Assembly (NCBI GenBank): GCA_963676915.2
Contig: CAXXVK010000012.1
Location: forward strand, 32,001-96,000
Direction of reading: 5' to 3'
Source of the DNA: Myxococcota bacterium
Lineage (GTDB): Bacteria; Myxococcota_A; SURF-8; G963663525
Length of the DNA: 64,000 nucleotides
Position 1 is the first letter of the stretch; each line of letters starts with the position of its first letter. Position numbers and translations under genes: made by a program. Below are positions 19,701 through 27,329 of this stretch, piece after piece. Below the pieces are notes generated by a model. That model worked only from the letters and a program-made list of their open reading frames with translations, was not told where the DNA came from and searched no databases.

Positions 19701-20435
19701 TGCCAGCACCGCCGCGCCCATACTTCGCTCGATTTCGGGAACCTCTGAAATCGCAATGGCGGAAAATTTCGGCGGACAGGCAAGATAGCAGGCTCCGCAC
19801 TGAATGCAGCGTTCGGAATCGATACGGGCCGTTTCTTTCTTTTTCCATTCGATCGCCCCAACCGGGCAACGGCGGAAACACATGCCGCACTTTTTGCAAA
19901 GGTCCTCATCGACGGTGAACGTCCAGCCGAATGGCGCTTTTCGGAACGCTTCGTCTACTTTTTTATAAGGAATCAACGAAACGTTTTGGCTATTCTTGAA
20001 TGTCGCAGGTTTGACCTTTTTGTCGGGATCTTGCGCGGGAAAATACGGTTTGTGCGTCACGGGACAGACGATCTCGCATTGTCCGCACCCCGTACAAACG
20101 TTGGGATCGACATAGCGCGGACGCTGCACTACTTTGGCTTTAAAATGGCCCATCTCCCCTTCGATGCTCTCCACCTCGCTGAAGGTCAGTAGGTCGATGT
20201 TTTTGTGCCGCCCAAGTTCCACCAGTTTCGGGGAAATGATGCACATCGAGCAATCGTTGGTGGGAAAGGTCTTGTCCAATTGCGCCATGCGACCGCCCAC
20301 GGCGGGAGAATTCTCGACGAGGTATACTTTGAACCCGGCGTTGGCGAGATCCAACGCGCTCTGCATTCCGCTGATACCGCCTCCGACGACGAGTACCGCC
20401 CCTACGGGAGAATGGGAAAACGAAGCGTTGCTCAT
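16788..20435 (-). CDS. hdrA: Heterodisulfide reductase subunit A-like flavoprotein (two FAD modules plus extra ferredoxin domains)
   Basis: VLVVGGGISG..LDKTFPTNDCSMC, multiple CxxCxxCxxxC, CVGSR..YCSSVCC, IGVFVCHCG, a second VLIIGGGLAG/CAGSR..YCSRVCC, and EAHAKLRPVDF. Confidence 0.95.
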   Translation of the reverse strand: MSNASFSHSPVGAVLVVGGGISGMQSALDLANAGFKVYLVENSPAVGGRMAQLDKTFPTNDCSMCIISPKLVELGRHKNIDLLTFSEVESIEGEMGHFKAKVVQRPRYVDPNVCTGCGQCEIVCPVTHKPYFPAQDPDKKVKPATFKNSQNVSLIPYKKVDEAFRKAPFGWTFTVDEDLCKKCGMCFRRCPVGAIEWKKKETARIDSERCIQCGACYLACPPKFSAIAISEVPEIERSMGAAVLARSDRLKKEFETGHDCLRCGLCQMMCDRVMGTGALRLSSEGIEVAKDVCRACGACVSVCPVEFLDITELSDNVPRPLLSEFNERLSPRKPIYIKYPQAVPRVPVIDTESCVQLNTGACGTCQSLCDAKAIDYTQKEIIHELDIGSVILSPGYEMFRAERRAEFGYGVYPNVMTSIEFERLLSASGPTTGKVLRPSDGTHPRKIAWIQCVGSRDVTCDRDYCSSVCCMYATKEAVIAREHDSDIEAAIFYIDLRAFGKNFDAYADRARDHYGVRYVRAMVSRVYDDPVTHDLELRYVDEEGKPTKESFDLVVLSVGVQVSEETKDLAKRLEIDLDRFGFAQTDTFRPLATNRPGFFVSGMFNGPKDIPETVSEASGAAGVAAGNLREARGSLVAKEEFPPERRFDENEEKRIGVFVCHCGINIASVVDVESVVEYAKTLPDVVYADHPLYTCSQDTQEHMRELIAEYGLTHFVVAACSPRTHEPVFQETLRQSGLNRYMFDMANIRDQCSWVHQDQPREATKKAKRLVTMAVANVAQAEPLQDHEFEVNSNVLIIGGGLAGMTAAIEAAKQGFGVYLVEREKNLGGNLRRLRRTVDGLSVSRYLYELMAQIKEYPKIQVFAGSQIVEHSGFVGNFETEIMTPAGVARTVRHGAIIVATGGRESRPELYGLGAFENVLTQLDLEVRIEGDDFKERNPHHVVMIQCAGSRCEEGLSYCSRVCCNQAIKNALRLKMLLPECRVDVLYRDIRSYGHSELHYRKAREAGVNFIRYDAIRNPIEVEVTQDGLTVAVVDPSIRRKLRITPDLLVLSTGVEASENEELASMLRVPRNPQGFFFEAHAKLRPVDFASEGLFLAGMAHGPKSIPETISQAAAAVARAATILSKDKLRMSGVVSKVNPEHCAVCLTCVRACPYGVPFINDKHAAEINPALCQGCGICVSECPAKAITLGRYEDKSIFSKITAFSAREMEQNAP

Positions 20436-21310
20436 GGTGTTCCCTCCTCCATACCGTTGTCACGAGACACGAGACGGGACAACACACCTCCGGCATCGAC
20501 GAGATGCCCTTTCCAAGCTGAAGAGTCGATACGATCGGAAAGAGCGAATTCGATCAATTCGCTCAGGTAGAAAATCGGAATCGGTTTCAGAGATTCATCC
20601 GCTTCCAGCAGATCCAATTGACGCGATTCGAGGTTGGCGTGACACATCGGGCAATCCGTCACAAGGACTTCCGCTCCGGCACGCCGTGCAGCATCCAGAA
20701 TATCACCGACGAGTTGCCGCGAGATATCCGGTCGGGCCATGGTCAGACTTCCGCTGCAACACTCTGTTTTGTGGCTCCACGCCACAGGTTCGGCCTCGAA
20801 CAACGTGACGATTTCTTCCATACGAGTCGGAATTTCAAACTGACTCTCTCCGGTAATTTTCGGGGGGCGCAACGATAAACACCCGTAGTAACAAGCGATT
20901 TTCAATCCTTCCAATCCACGCTGCGCCTTTTCTTTCAGGCGTTCTCTAAGTTCGGGACGATCGAGAAGATTGGAGATATGAACGACCTCGAAAGACGGGT
21001 CATACGCCTCGAATTCCCATTCCAACGGATCTTTTCGAAGCGCGTAATCGGCGGCCTTCAGGCGTTGATAACAGGCCGAACAAGGCACAAGCAGGTCGTG
21101 ACCTTCTTGCGAGGCAATCTCCAGATTCCGCGCCGAAAGTTTCACCGCCAATTCGTGGTTGATCATATGGGCGGACGACGCCCCGCAGCAGTTCCAATCG
21201 TCCAGTTCCACAAGTTCGATGTCCAGCAGTCCGGCGAGGTTCCGTACGGATTCATCGTATTCGCGGGCGGTGCCGGTAAGTGAACAGCCGGGATAGTAGG
21301 TCAGTTTCAT
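20432..21310 (-). CDS. hdrB: Heterodisulfide reductase subunit B (CCG domains)
   Basis: YYPGCSL, DWNCCGA, PCSAC, YYGCL, ECCSGS and DCPMCHANL. Start MKLTYY with an AAGGAG SD. Confidence 0.95.
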   Translation of the reverse strand: MKLTYYPGCSLTGTAREYDESVRNLAGLLDIELVELDDWNCCGASSAHMINHELAVKLSARNLEIASQEGHDLLVPCSACYQRLKAADYALRKDPLEWEFEAYDPSFEVVHISNLLDRPELRERLKEKAQRGLEGLKIACYYGCLSLRPPKITGESQFEIPTRMEEIVTLFEAEPVAWSHKTECCSGSLTMARPDISRQLVGDILDAARRAGAEVLVTDCPMCHANLESRQLDLLEADESLKPIPIFYLSELIEFALSDRIDSSAWKGHLVDAGGVLSRLVSRDNGMEEGTP

Positions 21311-21312
21311 GC

Positions 21313-21870
21313 CTACTTCTCCTTTGTCGTGCGAGCAAAGATCTTGCGAACGTCTTTTTTGCCCCGAATCGAGGGAGGAATCAGTTTCAGTTTCCCCTTG
21401 CCGAACATCCGCATTCCCAGTTTGAAATCGCCGAACCAATCGCCGCTACGCAGCTTGTACTCACCGATCATTCCCAACTCGTAGGTTCGACCTCCCCGAC
21501 GCACCGAATGAAGGAACGACCGGTGGAAAGCAACGATGTTCGGTTCGGCGGGTTCATAACCGCGATCCACGGACCATTGGCGCAAAAAGTCCATCGTTCC
21601 GGCGATGTCGATGTCGTTCGGGCATCGCGTCGTACAGGTTTCGCAAGAAGCGCACAACCAGATGGTGTGACTGGTCATCACGTCTTCTTCCATGCCATAC
21701 GCGCACATGCGAATGATTTCCATCGGCAGCAAATCGTAAAACGTCGCCAGCGGACATCCCGCCGAGCAGCGTCCGCATTGATAACAGGCGCTCACGTTCA
21801 ACCCGGCTTCGTCCAGGGCACGCCGGAATTTTTTACTCCCGCTCAACGGGGTTAGTGTCGATTCGTTCAT
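21313..21870 (-). CDS. hdrC: Heterodisulfide reductase subunit C
   Basis: CYQCGRCSAGCP and IWLCASCETCTTRCP. Start overlaps the upstream kinase stop. Confidence 0.93.
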   Translation of the reverse strand: MNESTLTPLSGSKKFRRALDEAGLNVSACYQCGRCSAGCPLATFYDLLPMEIIRMCAYGMEEDVMTSHTIWLCASCETCTTRCPNDIDIAGTMDFLRQWSVDRGYEPAEPNIVAFHRSFLHSVRRGGRTYELGMIGEYKLRSGDWFGDFKLGMRMFGKGKLKLIPPSIRGKKDVRKIFARTTKEK

Positions 21871-23420
21871 CCCGTTTCTCCGGTCTTGCATTGCTCGGTC
21901 ACGGTGAATTTGAGGCTGAATGTTGCGCCTTCACCGGGTTTGGAAGAAAGGTGAATGCTTCCCTTGTGTTCCTTGACGATGGCATAAGAAACGGAAAGCC
22001 CCAGCCCGGTGCCTTCCCCATGCGCCTTGGTTGTGAAAAACGGATCGAAAACCAGCGGCAGGTCTTGCTCGGCGATACCGGGACCATCGTCCTGGATGAT
22101 GATTTCCACGATGTCGCCCTGGCTACGGTGTCGGCTTTGCAGGAAAAGCCTGCCCTTCCCTTCCATCGCCTGAGCGGCATTGACGATGATATTCATGAAC
22201 ACCTGGTTGAGCCGTGCGGCGTTGCCACAGATGTTCGAAAGATCCTGTGCGAGATCGAGTTCGATTCGAATATTGTGAAAAAGAGGCTGTTTTTCCAACA
22301 ATGCCAGAGTTTTGAGCAGTATCTCGTTAAGATCCACGGTGGACATGTCGTAAGAGGTCTGGTGAGAGAACTCCAATAGATCCGTCACGATCACTTTGCA
22401 GCGTTCCGCCTCGTGAATGATCGTTTCCATGTCGGTAGCCAAAGGATGCTCGTCTCCCAGTTCCTCTTTTACGAGATTGGCGTACAACATGATGCCGGAC
22501 ATCGGATTGTTGATTTCGTGAGCCACTCCGGCAGATAAACGACCCAGACCGGCCATTTTCTCGGACTGCTGCAGCATCTGGTAGGTTCGCTCCAGATCTT
22601 CTTCGATTTTCTGGATACCCCGCAGGTCGGTAAAAATTCCGAACGTCGCGATTTCTTTGTCTTTTTCGTAAATAATGCCACCGGAAAAACTCATCGGAAT
22701 CTGGTGGCCGTCCTTGGTGATGGACAGCAATTCATGACGCAACAATCGCCCTTTGCCGCCGTACTCGTTACTGCGCATTCGTTGGATGATTTCGTAAGCA
22801 TCCCCTTCGGGATACAGGCGGGTGACATGCAGACTTCCGATGGCTTCCACCTCGGAATATCCCAAAATCGATTGAGCACCCTGGTTGAACAGGATGATAT
22901 TGCCTTTCATATCGGAGGCGATGATTCCATCCACCGAGGAATCGATCAAATTGCGAAAAAACGTATTGGAACGGATCAATTCGCGTTCGAGTTGCAAGCG
23001 GCGGTCGATGTCGATGAGAATGATACAATAGTAGTCGTATCCCCTTTCAGGAGCTATCGCCACGAATTCCGTGGAACGCATGGCATTGCTGACCTGATTG
23101 CGCAAGCGGATTTCCCGGCGAAACTGATCAGGAGCCTGTTTCGTGGACACAAAACGCACGAGATCGAGCATCAACTTCGGATCGTCGTCTAAAGGCAAAA
23201 GCGAAGGGAGACGAAGTTCCTGAAAACGGTCGAAAGAAAGTCCGGCAAAACGGCAGGCTGCCGGATTGGCGTAGAGGATGCTGTGGTCCTTTCCCACCAC
23301 CAACACCCCGTTGGGTGTCGCTTCGATGATCGTATACAGCACCAGATTCGATCCCATCCGGGAAACGAGTCTCGAAAGGGTGTTGGTCTGTAATTCGCTG
23401 TGGGTCGGTGTTTCGTTCAC
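21867..23420 (-). CDS. PAS-PAS sensor histidine kinase (NtrB-like)
   Basis: Two PAS domains, GVAHEINNP, NAAQA, DDGPG, FDPFFTTK and GTGLGL. Likely GTG start at 23420, right after the upstream stop. Confidence 0.9.
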   Translation of the reverse strand: MNETPTHSELQTNTLSRLVSRMGSNLVLYTIIEATPNGVLVVGKDHSILYANPAACRFAGLSFDRFQELRLPSLLPLDDDPKLMLDLVRFVSTKQAPDQFRREIRLRNQVSNAMRSTEFVAIAPERGYDYYCIILIDIDRRLQLERELIRSNTFFRNLIDSSVDGIIASDMKGNIILFNQGAQSILGYSEVEAIGSLHVTRLYPEGDAYEIIQRMRSNEYGGKGRLLRHELLSITKDGHQIPMSFSGGIIYEKDKEIATFGIFTDLRGIQKIEEDLERTYQMLQQSEKMAGLGRLSAGVAHEINNPMSGIMLYANLVKEELGDEHPLATDMETIIHEAERCKVIVTDLLEFSHQTSYDMSTVDLNEILLKTLALLEKQPLFHNIRIELDLAQDLSNICGNAARLNQVFMNIIVNAAQAMEGKGRLFLQSRHRSQGDIVEIIIQDDGPGIAEQDLPLVFDPFFTTKAHGEGTGLGLSVSYAIVKEHKGSIHLSSKPGEGATFSLKFTVTEQCKTGETG

Positions 23421-23421
23421 G

Positions 23422-24294
23422 TCAACGTCCGATACGATCCAGGAATTGGGGCAGACGCGCACCCCAGCCAAGCGAATGCAGCACCGCTCCGTCACAGACA
23501 TCTTGGATGTCCCGGTAAAAATCTGCGGCGATCGACAATCCGGCCTCGGCTTTGATTTTGGCGTCCAGCATGTCCTTGAGATATTCGTTGGGAACCGAGG
23601 GCACACCCGCCAGCCCATTGAGGTAACGGATCATTCCCACGGATTTAAGCAACATAAGCGTCGAAAAGACCTTGATTCCGGCTTCCTCCGCTTTGGGAAG
23701 AAACAGGTCGAGGATATTTTTGTCATAGGTAGGTCCAAGTACGATGAAACGAACTCCGTACTCGGCGTAGCGCAGAATATCGTCCGCACGTTTGCGATTG
23801 ATATTGATATCGTCGGACAGATCGAAACCGACGCCAAACGTAAACGCGGTCTTGCCTTCGATCTCTTCGCCACCAAGGTCTTTTCCCAGGTTCAACGCCG
23901 AAAGGCATTGCAGCATGGTTTCCAGCGATAAATCGCCACTCGAACGCACCAACGGTTGGTCCCCCCAATCCGGGTCGATACCTTCCTTGACAACCACGTT
24001 GCGAATTCCCAGCGCCCAGGCGGATAACAGTTCGGCTTGCAGGGAAATGCGGTTGCGGTCGCGCCCATTCATCACGATGACGGGATCTCCCCCGGCTTCG
24101 ATAAGATTTCTGGCGGGAGCCAACGGCGACATACGCATTACGGCATGTTCGCAATCCGTCACGGCCAGAGCATCGACTCGACCTTTGAGACTCGACACTC
24201 TCTCCATAAAAGTATCGAGCAACACGCCTTTGGGTGGATCGACTTCGGAAATCAAGGTGAACGAATCGCGTCGAAGCTGTTCGGCAAAACTCAT
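23422..24294 (-). CDS. Divergent MetF/MTHFR-like protein
   Basis: SEVDPPKG, AVTD..AVMRMSP and RDRNRISLQAEL are clearly paralogous to metF, but GDH is changed to GID and QTQ to LGP. Confidence 0.85.
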   Translation of the reverse strand: MSFAEQLRRDSFTLISEVDPPKGVLLDTFMERVSSLKGRVDALAVTDCEHAVMRMSPLAPARNLIEAGGDPVIVMNGRDRNRISLQAELLSAWALGIRNVVVKEGIDPDWGDQPLVRSSGDLSLETMLQCLSALNLGKDLGGEEIEGKTAFTFGVGFDLSDDININRKRADDILRYAEYGVRFIVLGPTYDKNILDLFLPKAEEAGIKVFSTLMLLKSVGMIRYLNGLAGVPSVPNEYLKDMLDAKIKAEAGLSIAADFYRDIQDVCDGAVLHSLGWGARLPQFLDRIGR

Positions 24295-24597
24295 CGAGCT
24301 TCCTCCTGCAAAAGTGGATGGGTTAAAAACCGAGCAGGACTCAGATGAGAGTGGAACCGTATTTTCGAGCGCAGATCACCCCGCGTTACTTCCTACAGGA
24401 AAAGCAACGTTCGCTGGAAGGTGGAACTTTCGCGTATTTCAAAATCACTATGTCAGGATATCAGGAGAAACCGGTTTCGTCAAGCTTTGTTATATAGGTT
24501 TGAAAATAAATTGCCGGTATTGCAGGAAATAATAAGTAAATGTCTGATTTTTCCACAACATACCAGCCATTACCTGTTACTTTCTATGATATTTCGA

Positions 24598-26178
24598 TCA
24601 GAATCCCTCTTCGTGCATTTTCTCGACGATCCCCCGATAAAATCCCAGGTGGTCGAAATCGCCGGATTTCAACTGCCCGATTTCATCGGCATGATCCGCA
24701 TTGACGTATCCCATGTATGTTCCCCATTGGGCACTATAGACAGGAACCATCCCGTCATTGGGACCATATCCTTCGTCTTCCGGTCCATTCTTGATCAGAT
24801 TGTACGTTAAAGACAACGCGGTGTTGACACGTTCATCGTCGTGTGCATTGCGGCAATCGAAATCTAGCATTCCGCAGGTATATCCCGACCATGACCAATA
24901 GGTTACTCGTTGGTCGTCGGGATGGGCCGGGTTGAATTCCCCTTCCATTTTGGCAATGGAAATCTGCTTGAGTGCTTCACGGATATCGCTTTCGGAACCG
25001 TCGATCAGATTACCGAAAAAGTCGATAATCGACGCTATCACGTCTTCGGAAACGCCCGTTACCGTGCCTAAAATCATATCGCCAAGAATCACGCCTCGGT
25101 TCGGCGTCGCCACCATGGCGAGCAAAGCCACCTCGTGACCATGATCTCTTCCGCTGATGAAAATCCGTGAATCTATGCCTCCCTGACTGTGGGCCAGCAG
25201 GTTCAGCTTTCTCGCACCGGTTTGGGTGAGAATATCCATGAACTGGCCTTCGATTTCGTCGGCGCGGTACTCGGAATTGTTGAACATCGCCGTTTCGGTG
25301 GTATGGATATCATAGCCGTATTCTTTGAGATGATCGGATACCCCATTGAAATAATTCAGCAACCCGAGCGCCGAATCGAATCCTGCCATCCCATGAACGA
25401 GAACCACGGGAAAACGTGTAAACCGACGGTCGCAATTCCCCACGCAGGAAGCATATACCCGGTAACGGCCCGTCGTCTGGTAAGCGGCACCGGACACCAT
25501 CAGCAGATATTCTCCGGAATACGGAAGATCCAGTTCGTAATCGATAATTTTGGGATTGCCTTCGCTATCTTCCTGGGACGTGTTGTCGTACAGCCAGACA
25601 GGCGCTTTACGTCCCGATGCTCCGGCGATATCGGTCAGCATGATCCGTCCCCGCAACGGATTCCCCGCCGTATTTCTCGGTTCGAGACGTATTTTGATGC
25701 GCATATCCGCACCACCGGCGATAAAAAACGCATCCGTTTGGCAATTTTCGGTAATTTCTCCGAAATATTCCCACCCGCTTTCACGAAATGTCGGGGTTGC
25801 CACCTCGGTAAACAATTCGAAAGGTTCGGTTCTCCACGTACAGACTCTTGCAGGCTCTTCCTCTTCGGCCTCTTCCTCGATTTCTTCCTCGTACTCGGGA
25901 GCCATTTCTTCTTCTTCCGGTTCGTCCTCGACCACAGGTTCCTCGTCGAGATCCGCCGGAGGAAGTTCCTCATCGAATTCGCCCGCCTCTTCCTCTTCAA
26001 CTTCCGAAAGGATATCCTCTTCCGGTTCCTCGTCGGCCTGTTCTGCCGGAAGATCGATATCCGTATCTCCGTTTCCATCCAGTGAGCCGGTCGAGCCGGA
26101 GGAATCACACCCCCACGCCAGCATTGCGATCCATAGCAGGAAAAACGCCCATCCCTTCCATGTCGATCCAATATTCAT
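24598..26178 (-). CDS. Lipoprotein triacylglycerol lipase (family I-like) with acidic linker
   Basis: Lipobox AWGC, Glu-rich linker, PVVLVHGMAGF, LLAHSQGG, TPNRG, NDGMV and ADHADEIG. Confidence 0.9.
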   Translation of the reverse strand: MNIGSTWKGWAFFLLWIAMLAWGCDSSGSTGSLDGNGDTDIDLPAEQADEEPEEDILSEVEEEEAGEFDEELPPADLDEEPVVEDEPEEEEMAPEYEEEIEEEAEEEEPARVCTWRTEPFELFTEVATPTFRESGWEYFGEITENCQTDAFFIAGGADMRIKIRLEPRNTAGNPLRGRIMLTDIAGASGRKAPVWLYDNTSQEDSEGNPKIIDYELDLPYSGEYLLMVSGAAYQTTGRYRVYASCVGNCDRRFTRFPVVLVHGMAGFDSALGLLNYFNGVSDHLKEYGYDIHTTETAMFNNSEYRADEIEGQFMDILTQTGARKLNLLAHSQGGIDSRIFISGRDHGHEVALLAMVATPNRGVILGDMILGTVTGVSEDVIASIIDFFGNLIDGSESDIREALKQISIAKMEGEFNPAHPDDQRVTYWSWSGYTCGMLDFDCRNAHDDERVNTALSLTYNLIKNGPEDEGYGPNDGMVPVYSAQWGTYMGYVNADHADEIGQLKSGDFDHLGFYRGIVEKMHEEGF

Positions 26179-26384
26179 GATTCGCTTAACCCTTCGAATC
26201 GTTGAAACTTGCTGAATTTTTCGCGATTTTTCAATTATTTCTCAGTAAAAATTGAGTTTACTTCAAAAGTTGTCATTTCGTCCAATTTTGTTCTCAGTCC
26301 CTTCATTTTTCTACAAATGAAATTTCGTAGCTTTGCGTCTGGAGTCGTGCTAGTTTCCGTCGGCTTCGATGGAGATTGTGCCTG

Positions 26385-27110
26385 ATGGATATCATTATTT
26401 TGTCGCTGATTGTCTTCGTCGCTTACGGCATCGGTGCAACCACCGGTTTCGGCGGGTCGATTCTTGCCTTGACGCTTGCCGCTCACTTTTTTCCTTTAGG
26501 GGACATGGTAGCCATCGTTGTCCCACTCAATGTCACGGCTACACTTTACCTGGCTTTGCGCTACCACAAACACACGGATATCCGTCTGCTTTTCCGTTAT
26601 ATTCTGCCGTTTACGGCTCTAGGGTTGCCGGTTGGATTGGTGATATTCAACATGGTGGAAACCAACCATCTCAAATTGCCCTTCGGTTTGTTCGTTTCCT
26701 CGCTGGCGTTATGGGAGTTGATTCGGCATGTACGCTCAAACGGAAACGGAAACAAAACCACAACACCGCTTTGGTTGCTGGCAGGTGGAACGATCCACGG
26801 ATTGTGGGCCAGCGGAGGGCCGTTGATCGTCTATTGGGTGGGGCGCAATCTGACAGACAAACACCGCTTTCGCGCCACTCTGATAGGAATGTGGGTGCTG
26901 CTCGATGCGTCCATGCTGGTTAGTCACATCTGCACCGGAAAGATCGACATGCGAACGGGCATGGATTCCCTGTGCCTGTTACCGGCTTTGGCAGTGGCAA
27001 CGGCTTGTGGCGAACTGCTGCATGGAAAACTGAACGAATTCGCCTTTCGGCTTGTCGTTTTTACGGTGCTGTTTCTTGCAGGAGCTTCCGTGGTATTCCA
27101 CGAGATCTAA
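26385..27110 (+). CDS. TSUP (TauE/SafE) family membrane protein
   Basis: TGFGG and GGP motifs, about 8 TM helices; GGAG SD. Confidence 0.85.
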   Translation: MDIIILSLIVFVAYGIGATTGFGGSILALTLAAHFFPLGDMVAIVVPLNVTATLYLALRYHKHTDIRLLFRYILPFTALGLPVGLVIFNMVETNHLKLPFGLFVSSLALWELIRHVRSNGNGNKTTTPLWLLAGGTIHGLWASGGPLIVYWVGRNLTDKHRFRATLIGMWVLLDASMLVSHICTGKIDMRTGMDSLCLLPALAVATACGELLHGKLNEFAFRLVVFTVLFLAGASVVFHEI

Positions 27111-27329
27111 GTCTTTTGGAGTATTTATGCCAAATTCTTTGATTCGAAACTCCTCCCGCTCTCTCTCCACAAACGATTTTTCGAAAACATACCTCTTTTC
27201 GAATGAAAATCTTTCGTTTTTCTGAACCTTTTTGGTATTCTTTGTGGAGTTTTGACGCATGAAAAATCAAAAAGGAAATTCAAACTCCTTTTCGGGATTT
27301 GAAGAGGTTTCACCTTGGAGGAATACGCA

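Noticed and set aside
25850-26060. GAA/GAG-rich low-complexity stretch (also throughout 40600-43900)
   Set aside because: Explained by an acidic linker and coiled-coil coding; no DNA-level tandem repeat.
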